Origin: Eledone cirrhosa
Taxonomy: Eukaryota
Length of the DNA: 64,000 nucleotides
NCBI GenBank assembly: GCA_964016885.1
Contig: OZ024747.1
Coordinates: 55,614,001 to 55,678,000, forward strand
Reading direction: 5' to 3'
Shown here piece by piece: positions 1-13,382 of the stretch (the first letter of the stretch is position 1; every line of letters starts with the position of its first letter). The notes under the pieces are model-generated. The model saw nothing but the letters and a program-made list of their open reading frames with translations, did not search any database and was not told the DNA's origin. Position numbers and translations under genes: made by a program.

Positions 1-159
1 GGGACTTTAGGCATCTTTTACTAAATATGTCCAATACATGACATCAAGCAATTGACAGCTATACTGGAGAAAGAAATTAATCATCTTCACAGTTGGGTAT
101 ATTGTATATTATACAAGGATTTTTAAAAAATCGTCTTAGTGGTATTTTGAGACGGGTAT

Positions 160-193
160 GAGATAGAGAGAGAGAGATAGAGAGAGAGAAAGC

Positions 194-273
<80 letters not shown>

Positions 274-345
274 TAGGGAGAAAGAGAGTGAGAGAGTGAG
301 AGAATGGAGATAGATAGAAATAGAGATAGAAAATTGAGTGAGAAA
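160..345. repeat. (GA)n microsatellite
   Basis: Direct reading. Confidence 0.95.
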
Positions 346-661
346 GAAAGACAGAGAAGTATTACAAGACAGGTTAGTTAGTTTATTATATTCTTCTAAA
401 CTAATTCTTCGCTAGTTAATACTTTGTTTACCATTTTTATTGTAATGAAGTTGTTATTTCAGCTATTTAGATTATTTACAGAAACACACTTGGACACACA
501 CAAACACACCAATATACATACATATACACATATACATACATACACACATACACACATATGCATATATATATACATAAACACAAACATCTAAATACACATG
601 CCTATACACGCATATACATATACACACATATACATATAATATTCACACTATGCCAAGATCA

Positions 662-1131
662 ACATCATCATCATCATTTTACGTCCACTTTTCCCTGCTT
701 GCAAGGGTAGGATGGTTCCTATTCAGCACAGCATCTCTCCACCAGTCATGGTCCTTCGTCATCTCCTCTGTGAGTTTCAACGATCTGAGATCTGCTCTCA
801 CCACCTCCGCCCATTTTTTTCGTGGTCTACCTCTACTACGTCTTCCTTCTACTGCAATTTCTTGGCACTTCTTTACCCAGCGGTCATCCTCCATGCGCAT
901 CACATGTCCATACCATCAGTCTTCTCTCCTGCACACCACAACTTACCCCTCTTATACCCAGTTTCTTTCTCAACTCGTCTATGCTTGGTCGTTCATGCAC
1001 ACTGGCATTGCACATCCAACGGAGCATACTTGCTTCATTTCTCTCCAGCCGTCGTATATCTTCTGCAGTTGCTGCCCATGTCTCACTACCATGCAGCATC
1101 GCGCATCTCACACAGGCATCATCTCACCGTC
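662..1131 (-). mobile_element. RTE LINE 3' fragment, family 1, (ATG)n tail
   Basis: Minus-strand ORFs give MLHGSETWA...RRLERNEASMLRWMC and MRMEDDRWVKKC..EGRRSRGRPRKKW, typical of the RTE RT C-terminus; frameshifted; ends CCCTTGCAAGCAGGGAAAAGTGGACGTAAAATGATGATG. Confidence 0.9.
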
Positions 1132-1417
1132 CTTATATTATGTATATATCATCATTTAACATCTTTTCTCCATGCAATGTGTATATAGAAACATAGATCT
1201 TTAAATGTAGATGTATATTATACAGTCGTTAATTATACATACAAAGCTTCAGTGATTTATATCCATACTAATATAAAATTTCAGTGATATTAAAAGATAT
1301 ATCTATATGCATATGTGTATTTGTGTGTGTGGAGAGGAGGGGATGTCTTGATCTGTGTGTATACATGCATGTATGTCTATGTGCATGTGTATATATGTGA
1401 TTGAGTGTATTGTGTGT

Positions 1418-1797
1418 CATCATCATCATCATCATCATCATTTTACATCCCTGCTTGCAAGGGTGGGACGGGGACTGATTCTGGGTTGATTGCTACAGCT
1501 GGATGCCCTTACTAACACCAACCTCATTTACAGTGCTGAGTGCTTTTTTTCTGTGGCACCTCCACAACCACTTTGCAGTGTGGGCTGGGTGCTTTTTGCC
1601 GTGGCACCTCCATGACCACTTTGCAGTGGAATGATAGGGACCCCAGTCCTATCATCTCATTTCTACAGCTGAGTAAACTGGAGCAATGTGAAATAAAGTA
1701 TCTTGCTCAAGGAAACAACACATCACCGGTCTGAGAATTGAACTCACAACCTTTCGATTGCAAGCCCAATGCTCTAACCACTTAGCCATGTGCCTCC
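1418..1797 (-). mobile_element. SINE family A (tRNA head, CORE-like domain, RTE-type tail 1)
   Basis: Head GGAGGCACATGGCTAAGTGGTTAGAGC...GAGTTCAATTCTC (A/B boxes); CORE-like CCTTGAGCAAGATACTTT...CAGTTTACTCAGCTGTAGAAATGAG; (ATG)n tail; internal ~50 bp duplication. Confidence 0.9.
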
Positions 1798-1895
1798 ATG
1801 TGTATGTGAAAATATAGAATACACACTCACATACATACAAACACCAGAAAAGGTTTATTTTAGATAAAATTTAATGTGTTTGATGTGTGTTTTTA

Positions 1896-2050
1896 TAACT
1901 GTATCTACTTTAGGCACAAGGCTTTTAATTTGAAGGGGAGGGGAGAGTCGATTAAATTGAGCCAGTGCATTACTGGTACTATATTTTATTGACTCTGTAA
2001 GGATGAAAGGCAAAGCTAAACTCGGCAGGATTTGAACACATAACTCTCTG
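1896..2050 (-). mobile_element. SINE family B (Nin-like domain), partial
   Basis: Reverse complement contains GCCTTTCATCCTTAC...TCAATAAAATATAGTACCAG. Confidence 0.8.
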
Positions 2051-2699
2051 TTGCAATGCATGTTGTCCAGAACTAGATGTTGAAATGGCAAAAGCTCAGT
2101 CGTCTAGGTTCCCAACTCTATGATATAACCATACTCTACAACCACAAGTATCGAGAACTCTGTTGAGTAATGGCCTATCATTTTCGAACTGAATCCAACC
2201 TTATATATATATATATAATCAAGGTCTAGCTAATAGAGAAAATGTTTTAAAATAAATTTTAAAAAATTCGCAGTACTTACTATATGTGCCTTTACCGCGG
2301 TTTCATGCTCCAGAATAAACGGAAAATCCAAGCGGATTTCCATTGGGAAGGGAGCAATCTTCAGAGGGCTCTTCTCTCTCGGAGAATATAAAATTCCCGA
2401 GTTCAAATCACAAACAGACGCCATACAAAACCATTCCGAAATGAGCGAATAATGGAAGAAATAATTATGTCTGGTGGCGTGTGCAAAGACAAAAGGCAGG
2501 GTGGACAGGTCAATGTCCTGCCACTAGAAATAGCAGCAGTCCAAACGGCCAACAATTTATCTCTACCTTAGTATCATTGGGGTCGATAAAATAAAGTACC
2601 AGTAATGTACTGGGTAATTGCTGTCCTTTTGCCAAAAAGTAGAAACAATTATCTATAAAAGGCAGATTGTTGTTGTGTGTGTGTGTGCATGTTCCATGT

Positions 2700-3012
2700 T
2701 TATACATTTGTACAATTTCAAACCGATTCGACTCAAACTATGTAAGAATGTTGTAAATGTTCTAACTTAGTTCAACGACTATTTATTTATTTCAAACTCA
2801 CCCAGAATTACGGAAATAATCTATAAAACTAAATACATGACGCTTTACCCCTCTAATACAATCTGAAACCCCTCTCTCTACTCCCCTTAAAATTCAATAA
2901 AACTACATACATGCTGCAACTTTCTCTTATATACGCTTAAACTTACACACTTCCTTTAGGAACGCCGAAGAAAGAAGAGAGAAAGAAATGAAGGAGAGAG
3001 AGAGAGAAGAGA

Positions 3013-3063
<51 letters not shown>

Positions 3064-3624
3064 TTTGTTTTTGCGTGTGGAACGGTCAAACATTTATTTA
3101 CTTCAATGACAACAATTATTCAAAAGCAACAGATAAATTTATTCAACAAAAAAAGAAATAGCGATAAATCTTTTTTAAAACATCTCTCAACGAACGTGGA
3201 AGAAAGAAGTATCAGTTTATTTACTATACACAATAATATCCTCTATGAGGACACTAAACCTGCTAGAAACACCAGCTAACTCTCCCCCATATCACACCCC
3301 TCCCTACTGTCTTAAAATTAGAAAACACACATTAGACAACCATGCAGAACAACTCCATCGCAGCTCTGTTGTTCGGCTGGTATCGTCTATGCGCGTGTTG
3401 CACAAGTACTGTGAAACAATAAATTTCAACACTTCTTTGCACAGAGATAATATCCATAGGCGAAACTAAAATTGTCACTGCTGGCGCAGCTCCTGCTTCG
3501 GCAGTCCAGGTCTGCAATTCATTCACCCAGTGCCTGGCAGACAAAAAGTGCTGCCATAAAATGGGTGGTGCAACCTAACTTTGGTAACTTACTGACTCCA
3601 AGCAACGCCGGGCTTTAATGCTAG
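2700..3624 (+). mobile_element. Probable non-autonomous Helitron (3' end clear, 5' limit uncertain)
   Basis: Ends TCCAAGCAACGCCGGGC (degenerate subterminal hairpin) then CTAG|T at 3621-3625, the canonical Helitron 3' terminus. Confidence 0.55.
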
Positions 3625-5469
3625 TATATATATATATATATATATATAATTATGTGTATCCAGTTTAGAACGGCATGGAAATATAGATGTAAATACAAGG
3701 ATGATGATTATGATGATGAAGAGGAGGGGGATTGTGATGATGATCATGATGATGATATATTCTGGGTTGCACTGATTAATCTGATAATAATCAGTATCAA
3801 CCAAATTGGCCATCTTAGCATATATCATTATTGGAATTTCTGTTGATTAATCAGTTTTGATAATTAACTATTATTGTTTTGGATCAAGATATCAATGAGT
3901 GACAGAGAAATGTGGAATACATATTGAATTCAATATATATAAATATAAAAAAAAATATTTTTTTCACACAACTGAACAGGTCTTTCTTTCTGTTGTTTGA
4001 CAATTTTTCTACTGATTGAGGCCCTTCATATCACCCTTTTTATTCTTTCTCTCACTGTGATTGTATATGTTGGTGTGTTGTATTTCTGAGGTTCATAGAA
4101 ATAGTTAATTTTATTTATTATATGTATTTATATTTTCATTCTGAAAGAATTGTGAACAATCTGCAATGTTATATATTGAATTGTGAATAAAAATTAAATC
4201 ATAAAAAGAATCAAAGCAATGATTTTACAAAGTGTATCTTTCCACGGTAGCAGCAAAGTCATATTAACCCATAGGTGAGCCCCAGAATCTTTCAAAAAGC
4301 TACAGCAAAGAAAAAAATTCAACCTGCTGAATAGTATGACCCTAAGTGGCTGCCATATTTTCAGGGCCCTGAAGCTTGAATAATTATGAGGACCTTTCTT
4401 AACTAATTACAATACTCAATATGGCATGTTTTATACATACATGTATAATACATATATAAACTGAACTGTACATTTCATAGATAGATAGTTATAGATATGT
4501 ACATAGAGATATACATGCATACATACAATCACTTACACACACACACATATATATATATATTATATCATGAGGATGAAGATCATCATCATCATTTAACATC
4601 CGCTTTCCATGCTACACGTATATATGTAGATACACATGCTTATCCTCACACATATATATGTAAACACGCATGCTTATCCTCACACACACATATATATATA
4701 TAGCCACACATACATATCCACACACGTAATATATGTGTGTGTGTGTGTGTGTGTGTACATCTAATTCTTGTCTGATGTCAGCCAGTGTGGCAACTCTATT
4801 TTATGATTAAGAAAATAAAACAATTTAAATCCTATTATTAAGATTGCTTTCTTCAGCCAATTTCATCATAAACAAATTTCTTTGTTCAAATCCCCCCCCC
4901 CCCCCCGACTTTCTCACATTTCTCTTTCCTCACTTCTTTATTTATCTTTTACCTTTCTTTCTTAATTTTTATTTCTACTTTTCAAATTTAATTTAATAAC
5001 CATCACACTACTGCTGCTGAAGCTATACAACTACTACTACAAATATCCACACCACCACTGATATATATATATATATGTGTGTGTATATATATATCATCAT
5101 CATCATCACCATTATCATTATTGTTTAACATCTATTTTCCATGTTAACATGGGTTAGACGGGTTGTTCCATTTGAGGCAAGTTGGGTCAGGTAAAAGTGT
5201 CTTGCTCATACAGAACTGTTTCTGACTTGGTTTTATATATATCATCATCATTTCATTTCATCATTTCATTTTACGTCCGCTTTTCCTTATATCTTCTATG
5301 GTCAGTTTAGATTTGGTTGGTAATTCTAACCAGTCAAATGGCCATATAGATGTTTTCTCATTGGCTTGGGTTAGGTTTTTGGTTTTAGTTAAGAATACGT
5401 TTGTTACAGTATATGTTCAAAAATAAACATTCTCATAATAATTTCTAATATTTTACATCTTAAAAACTA

Positions 5470-6175
5470 GAAGGTAGACTGCATTGAAAATGAACACAAA
5501 AAACATGATTGTCAAGTATTCTTCCTAACCAGACAGCAGTGCTTGCAGACATTCTCCTTAGTCCAAAAGAGTAAATACAGGAATGGAGCCACCTTATTGA
5601 TTGAGCTTTAGCATGCAATGTTGAATAAAGTTGTCTTTATTTTACAGTTATTTAAAAATTAAAGAAGCACTAATGAATAACTTTGACTTTTATCCTATAG
5701 CGATCACTGAAATACTGATCAGTTGTTGTTATTGTATAACTCCAGAAAAATCCTGATACAACAAACCTTTCACTCTTACAAATCTGTAATAGTGAGGAAT
5801 ATGTTGAGACTGGTGACTCAAAGGTATAATGATAGAACTTAAAAATAAAAGCTGCCAACTATTATAACACAACCAACCTGATATTATAGTTTAGGACCAC
5901 ACATTAAAAACATTGTTTGTCGTAGCAGTAAGCTGCTGAATTGATGTCAATGTGATAATAAAATGCAAGAGAAGGGTGATATTTGTAGACCATTAATGAG
6001 GAATAAATTACAGATCTTGTATCCAAAATACACGTTCAACTTCATACCTACCTGCCCAGACGAAATTTGGATTTGTGGAGAAAGAACGTAGATCCTTGAT
6101 AATTAAACTACAGATGGCTGTGATATCTGGAACCTTCAAAATCTGTAGAACATTCTTACAATTCAAAGGATGAAC
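5470..6175 (+). mobile_element. Degenerate RLE-type LINE C-terminal fragment (R4/Dong-like)
   Basis: Manual translation gives HNQPDIIV, RPLMRNKLQILYPKYTFNFIP and LIIKLQMAVISGTFKICRTFLQF, with many stops. Confidence 0.6.
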
Positions 6176-6753
6176 GCTCACAAAAGAGACAGCAACAATT
6201 TCCTTTTCTTTACAACCTTGCCACCGGGAAGGTGACCAGTCAAATTAAACAAAAAATAAAAATAAAAAGAGTACATATAAATGTGTGTGTGTTTGTGTGT
6301 ATGTTGGTCTCTGTGTATGCATAAATATTTATGTATGTATATATTATGTATTAATAAAATTAAAATACTTGTAAAATAACTGTTAAAAAACAATAAGAAT
6401 TTTGCGACAAAGATTAATCTAAAATGACAAGAAAACGAGAGAAAGAAAAGACCAATCGAAATAGCAAATAAAGTAAAAATAAGATACAAATAAAACATTG
6501 CCAGCCACATAAGAAACTATGAAACAGCAACAACAATAACAACACTTTAGTGGTGCAGCATTAATAAAAACAACAACAATAACATGACAACAGATTAAAT
6601 TTTAATTTTCTAAATCTACAAAATATAAAATGTAAACAATGTTTAATGTAATCATTTATGTTTTTAGATGCAGTCTGAATATGACACAGGTGATAAAATA
6701 ATATAGCAAATTTTTCAGTTTACCAATTTACCACCAAAACAATATACATTAAT

Positions 6754-6938
6754 GGTGGATTGGCAGTATCGGTAGAGGGTCGGACGCCATGCTTTCCAGC
6801 ATAGTTACGTCCCTTTACGATCTGAGTTCAAATCCCGCCGAGGTTGACTTTGCCTTTCATCATTACGGGGTCTATAAAATAAAGTACCAGTAATGCACTG
6901 GGTATTTGCTGGCCTTGTGCCTAAAGTAGAAACAATTA
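6754..6938 (+). mobile_element. SINE family B
   Basis: GGTGGATTGGCAGTATCGGTAGAG...GAGTTCAAATCCCGCCGAGGTTGACTTTGCCTTTCATC...AAGTACCAG...AGTAGAAACAATT. Confidence 0.9.
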
Positions 6939-7065
6939 ATATATACATATATCATATCAGTACATATTTATATATCATCATCATTATCACCGTTTTACGT
7001 CCATTTTGCCACACTAGCATGGGTTAGAATATATATATATATACATATATGTATATATATATATG

Positions 7066-7150
<85 letters not shown>

Positions 7151-7171
7151 GCGTGTGTGTGTGTGTGTGTG

Positions 7172-7514
7172 TCATCATTTCATCATTTCATTTTACGTCC
7201 TCTTTTTCCCTGCTTGCAAGGGTGGGACAAGAACTGATTCTGGCTTGATTTCTACAGCGGGATGCCCTTCCTAACACCAACCTCATTTACAGTCAGTGCT
7301 GGGTACTTTTTTACCGTGGCACCTCCACGACAACTTTGTAGTGGAATGATATGGACCCCAGTCCCTATCATCTCATTTTTACAGCTGAGTAAACTGAAGC
7401 AATGTGAAATAAAGTGTCTTGCTCACGGAAACAACACATCACCCGGTCTGAGAATTGAACTCACAACCTTTCGATTGCAAGCCCAATGCTCTAACCACTA
7501 AGCCATGTGCCTCC
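7172..7514 (-). mobile_element. SINE family A, full length, tail 1
   Basis: Near-identical to the reverse complement of 47459-47806. Confidence 0.9.
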
Positions 7515-7517
7515 ATC

Positions 7518-7593
<76 letters not shown>

Positions 7594-8644
7594 TTATATA
7601 CATATATATATGTAAGTATGTATGTATGTATGTATGTATGTATGTATGTATGTATGTATGTATGTATGTATGTATGTATGTATATATATAATATGAAAGT
7701 TCAATAACTCATTTATTTCAGCATGTGGCCTTACTCTAACATCCACCAATCATCCACCAATTACCTCACAGTCAATTACTGTTTTGGTTAGCTGACAATC
7801 TTGGAAGCACCACCATCACTGCCACTACCATCATTAACAGAAAACCTTGTGCGACCCTCACTTAAATCCTACTTTTCATCCAGCACACCCATGACCTTTT
7901 TAACCTCCTAATGTTTTAATAACTCACCAGTGTATTATACAACATTAGAATTCCTTCAGTTATGTTATATCAGACATAAATCTCCCAGATATGCCATAAC
8001 TAAAACAAAATGAAACAAAATATGAAAGCGAAACAACAACCCCTGAAAATATTTAATTCTTCCTTGATAGTTCTAATTCTTAATTAACTGATATAGTCCC
8101 CTACCCCACGCCTGCCTCAGTATGCTTGTTTTTGTTTTATTTTATTCTTGTGACTAATACATCAGGAAAAGGGGTGCAATGCCTGTGACCTTTCTGGACC
8201 TCCCCAGGTTGTTAAGATCGATGTTCTACAGAATATTTGGTAATGCCATTAAGAGAGGAAATATCTTTACTGGGCACTGTAATAATTTCTTTTGCTCATA
8301 CACTAAATGTGATTATTTCATTTGTGTTGTTTTTATATGATGATGGACTTCCCTACTGACTAGTTTTAATTAACTACTTGGAAGGTTTCCATTCGAAAAT
8401 ACAATACATCCCTGAAATTCTAATTCTGTTTTTTTTTAAAGCTTTTTATTTATATGTATGTATATCATCATCATCAATATCATGCATGTGTGTATATATT
8501 TAAGATACCATATAACTCTTGATTATTATACATTGTGTCGGCCCTTGTGGCTAATAAATGAAATCATTATTATACATTGTTTCATCTTTATTTCCTTTCC
8601 TTTCTTTTAATAATTTCCTTCTTTCTCTTCCTCCTCATTCTCCC

Positions 8645-8683
<39 letters not shown>

Positions 8684-8685
8684 GA

Positions 8686-9290
8686 GGGCGGTGAATTGGC
8701 AGTATCGGTAGAGGGTTGGACGCCATGCTTTCTAGCATAGTTACGTCCCTTTACAGTCTGAGTTCAAATCCCGCCGAGGTTAACTTTGCCTTTCATCCTT
8801 ATGGGGTCGATAAAATAAAGTACCAGTAATGTACTGGGTAATTGCTGGCCTTGTGCCTTAAGTAGAAACAATTATTATTATTATTTGGCAGTATCGGTAG
8901 AGTGTTGGAAAACATGCTTTGCAGCATATAATTATGTCTCTTTGCATTCTCAGTTCAAATCATGTTGAGGTTTACTTTGCTAATGGGTCGTTAAAATAAA
9001 GCATTGGTATTGCGCTGGGGTCGATTTAATCAACTTTCCCTTCCCCACAAAAATGTGTTGGTCTTGTGCTTAAATCAGAAACTATTATTATTATTATTAA
9101 AACCAAAGAGAATTGGCTGGGTTATTAGTGTATCAGACAAAAGAATGCTATGCAACATCGTATTACTATCATTTATATTCTGAATTCCAATTTCATTTTG
9201 AGCTAACTTTACCTTTCATTCTTCTACGTTTGATAAAATCAAATCACCAATTAAATCATCTTTGTTCTCATTTTAAATTAGAAACAATTA
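8686..9290 (+). mobile_element. Three tandem SINE B copies of increasing divergence, separated by (ATT)n
   Basis: Copies at ~8686-8884, ~8885-9097, ~9110-9290; preceded by (TTA)n at 8646-8683. Confidence 0.8.
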
Positions 9291-9455
9291 CAAAGATCAA
9301 GGAGACTAAAGGTATTGAAATACATTTTTTTAATAGTGTGGCTGAGTAACAGTAACATTCAGTTTCATCCTTCTAGGAATTAAAAGTTTATCCCAATTAG
9401 ATTGACTGAGATTTGCACCCATCGAGATCAATGAAGTAGTTACAAGTCATATAAT

Positions 9456-9726
9456 TCTTCTTTTCTCTCTTCTTCTTGGCCCACTTATTCCCGAGAGAGT
9501 CATGTGGGCAGAGCCCTCAAACACTCTTTCAAGCGGGTTCTATCAGAAGCAACCATCTCCAACTTATCTGGCTAGATTGCCAAGCATGACCAGCCAAGCC
9601 CATAGATGTTATCCAACCATCTTGCTTAGGTCTCTTGCCGGTTGGTTTTGCCCTTAAAATCTGTACAGTATTTCTTTCCTGAGACATTCTAGCCACATGC
9701 CCTTAGTATCGGAGCTGTGATCTCTA
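9456..9726 (-). mobile_element. RTE LINE 3' fragment, Expander/Rex3-like, (AAG)n tail
   Basis: RSQLRY*GHVARMSQER..ILRAKPTGKRP..RWLDNI; homologous to the copies at 10380, 29299 and 39204. Confidence 0.8.
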
Positions 9727-9939
9727 AATTCATATAGCTTAGTGGAATAAATTACATATACCCCTTTCCCTAAACAATTAGGACATGGGGGCCAAAGAGA
9801 AAATTGGTTTACTACTCTTATAAATACATGTTTTTGTATGTAAAAATTAATAAAATAAGGGTAGCACCCACGACACACTGATCGAGACTTGAGTACTAAA
9901 GTAGGGGTACTGAAGAGAAGTAAGCAGAATCTACTGGCT

Positions 9940-10192
9940 GACACAATCACTGAAAGGTGCCTGAAACTAGCTGCACACATTTTTGCACATGTCTGAGTAC
10001 CGGAAACCCTCTGTGGCAATGAGATGGATCCCAGTCAGTGGTAAGTGGAAAAAGGGGAACCCAAGCAAAACTGGCACTAAACTTTCTAAGAGGATCTCCA
10101 CAGGATTGAACTGGACAGGGAAACTATGCAAGACGCTGCAGAAGATTTATTGCCCAATACGCTCCAGAGCATAGGAAGACCTAAGACTATGA
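9940..10192 (+). mobile_element. RTE LINE 3' fragment (another family)
   Basis: LKLAAHILHMSEYRKPSVAMRWIPVSGKWKKG resembles the RTE C-terminal GH..RM....P..A..W.P...R.RGRP motif. Confidence 0.6.
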
Positions 10193-10379
10193 CCCATAAC
10201 AATTCTTTAATATACAGAAACTGAGAGGAAAACGGAAGGAAGTTTTACCAAGACTAGAGACCTTGCCTCAATAATTGCTACAGAATGAACTTTACTAAAG
10301 GCTCCCAAAGGCCAGAGGGGATGTTAAACCAGACAAAATCTTACATCTACGAACTAACAGTCTTCTGCAATTTTCACTA

Positions 10380-10624
10380 ACAATGATTGGCTATGCTAGA
10401 GAACATTTACTCTGGACAGATTTTATGGGCAAAAACCAACTGGCAGGAGACCAAGAGGTAGATCCCAAGCAAGATGGTTGGATAACATACATGAGCTTGC
10501 CTGGTCACGCTTGAGCTAACTTTACCTTTCATTCTTCTACGTTTGATATGACCCTCTCAGGAATAAATGGGTGAAGAAGAAGAAGAAGAAGAAGAAGAAG
10601 AAGAAGAAGAAGAAGAAGAAGAAG

Positions 10625-10652
<28 letters not shown>
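10380..10652 (+). mobile_element. Expander-like RTE 3' fragment ending in long (GAA)n
   Basis: Homologous to 9456-9726 in opposite orientation; (GAA)n at 10573-10652. Confidence 0.8.
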
Positions 10653-10655
<3 letters not shown>

Positions 10656-11877
10656 GCCACACATAGGGTTCAAAGCTCAAATCCACATTACTACAAAGCC
10701 CAATTATTAACCACAAGCCCATGACTACACATGTTATCTTGCTAACCACTACAGATATATTAGTGTCCTGTTATCCATCTCATTACATGACCTTCCCACA
10801 CATCCATGACTTCACTCTCTCTCATGTCCTTAAATGAGCAACAAACACAAACATGTCCCTACCCTTTACCACTCTCATTACACGACCAACCGACACAACA
10901 AAGTCCCTCTCGCCTCTCATCTTATTACATGAACAAATCATTACACTTATTACAAGGATGAAGAGAAGAAGTGTGAGGAATTTCATTTAAGTTGTATGTA
11001 TGTATATGTATTTATGTATGCATGTATGCATGCGTATGTATTTATGTATGCATGTATGTATATATCTATGTATGTATGTTTATAAAAATATATGTACACA
11101 CACACACACACACATATATATAAAGTTAAAGAATAAGAAGATGAACACAGAGACGCAATAACACAAATGTTTTGTGTAAGTGTGTATATATATGTGTGTG
11201 TATGTGTGTTTACGTGTGTATGTGTGTGTGTTAATGTATGTCTGTGTATAAGCGTGTGCGTGTGTAAGTGTGTATGCGTGTGAGTATGTGTGTGTATGTA
11301 TGTGTATGTGTGTATGTATGTATGAATGCACAAGGGATATTTATGTATATACATATGTGGTAATCTGTCATGATAGCTAAATGATTTTCCTGTACATTTT
11401 CTCTATATTTTCCTCGGTATGTAGATACATGAAAGTATAGAGGAGAAGAGATGTATTAATGGTAACTAAGGCCATAATAAATTTGCCCCATTTATCATGG
11501 ATAGCATGCAGGTCTCTACAAGGGATCAGGTCAGATCACAATGGATTGCTCCCAGTGTTAGAAATATTAATAAGACCAACGGCAAAAACTAATAAGGCCA
11601 GGTTTTTGAAGTTATTATAAATCAAAATGGAATCACTTAGATGTCTGCTTGTGTGTTGAACATATGTATGAATATATATTATATGATATGATTATCTATG
11701 TTTCTCTATGTAGAAGTATGTGTATGCATTTGTACACTCAAACGCAGAGGCATGCACACAAACACATACACACAAACACGCCACACACACACACATATAT
11801 ATATATATGTTCGTGTGTGTGTTGTTTTGTGTGTGTGTATGTATATATATATTTACACATGTATATATTGAATTATT

Positions 11878-12069
11878 AAATAATTGTTTCTACTTTAGGC
11901 ACAAGGCCAGCAATTACCCAGTACATTACTGGTACTTTATTTTATCGACCCCGTAAGGATGAAAGGCAAAGTTAACCTCGGCGGGATTTGAACTCAGACC
12001 GTAAAGGGACGTAACTATGCTGGAAAGCATGGCGTCCGACCCTCTACTGATACTGCCAATCCACCGCCC
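11878..12069 (-). mobile_element. SINE family B, full length
   Basis: Matches family consensus; TTAAATAAT on both flanks. Confidence 0.9.
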
Positions 12070-12164
12070 TGTTAAATAATAATTACCTTACATATGTTTA
12101 AGTGTTTCGATTCATCGATATCTTTTCAAATAGCTGTATATATACATACATACACACACACATA

Positions 12165-12326
<162 letters not shown>

Positions 12327-12361
12327 AACGAGTAGGACCCCGATGTATATGTATATATATA

Positions 12362-12650
12362 TCATAAAACATGTCTATGGAATCACCAGATAAAATATAG
12401 ACCATTTCCTCTCCCAATAAGCATAATTAACCATCTAACAAATCGATTAGACCAAGCTATAGGAATAAAGGCTTCTATGAAGAAATCTCCGACAAATAAC
12501 CGAAATCAGCCCTTCTCACCGGCTGCGACGGAATATTTATCGAGTATTTCGACTGCGTGTGTGAATCGCCCAGAATTAAACAGAATTAGGTGTAAAATAA
12601 ACTAGGAGAAGAGTGAACATATATATATATATATATGACTTTGAGTTTAA
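12362..12650 (+). repeat. Unclassified dispersed repeat between (TA)n tracts, homologous to 34130-34410 (minus)
   Basis: Shared colinear blocks CATGTCTA, CCATTTCCTCT, CTATGAAGAAATCTCCGACAAA, ATTTCGAC. Confidence 0.7.
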
Positions 12651-12662
12651 ACTCTAAATATA

Positions 12663-12711
<49 letters not shown>

Positions 12712-12770
12712 ACGTACATACATATATGTATACAGACGTACAGTAGCATGCATATATATATATATATATT

Positions 12771-13182
12771 GAAGGCACATGGCTTAGTGGTTAGAGCATT
12801 GGGATTACAATCGAAAAGTTGTGAGTTCAATTCTCGGACCAGGTGGTGTGTTGTTTCCTTAAGCAAGACACTTTATTTCACATTGCTCCAGTTTACTCAG
12901 CTGTAGAAATGAGATGATTGGACTGGGGTCCCTATCATTCCACTGCAAAGTAGTCATGGAGGTGCCACAGCAAAAAATAAAAAAAGCACCCAGCCCACAC
13001 TGTAAATGAGGTTGGTGTTAGGAAGGGCATCCAACTGTAGAAATCCAGCCAGAATCAGTTCCCGTATGAGCAAGACAAGGTCAGCCGACCGGACACTGCC
13101 CACAACAGGACAACATGTCTAACCCATGCTAGCGTGGAAGAATGGACGTAAAACTGTGATGATGATGATGATGATGATGATG
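12771..13182 (+). mobile_element. SINE family A with tail 2
   Basis: Same head and body as other A copies but ends TCTAACCCATGCTAGCGTGGAAGAATGGACGTAAAACTGTGATGATG. Confidence 0.9.
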
Positions 13183-13191
13183 ATATACACA

Positions 13192-13335
13192 CACATGGCC
13201 TTGTGGTAAGGGTGTTGGAGTTACGATTATAATGTCGTGGGTTTGATTCCTGGGTGGAGTTCCATATTGTTTTCTTTAGCAAAACACTTCATTTTCCGTT
13301 GTTCCAGTATACTCAGCTGAAATTTAGTACCAGCA
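13192..13335 (+). mobile_element. Older tRNA/CORE-like SINE
   Basis: CATGGCCTTGTGGTAAGG...GGTTTGATTCC...TTTAGCAAAACACTT...TACTCAGCTGAAAT. Confidence 0.65.
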
Positions 13336-13382
13336 GTAGCTGCTCACAATGCACAAGGGCACGTATGCATGTGCACATCAGA

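Noticed and set aside
2320-2372. Minus-strand CTGAAGA...GAAA-tccgcttgga-TT hammerhead-like motif
   Set aside because: No stem I complement and weak stem II.
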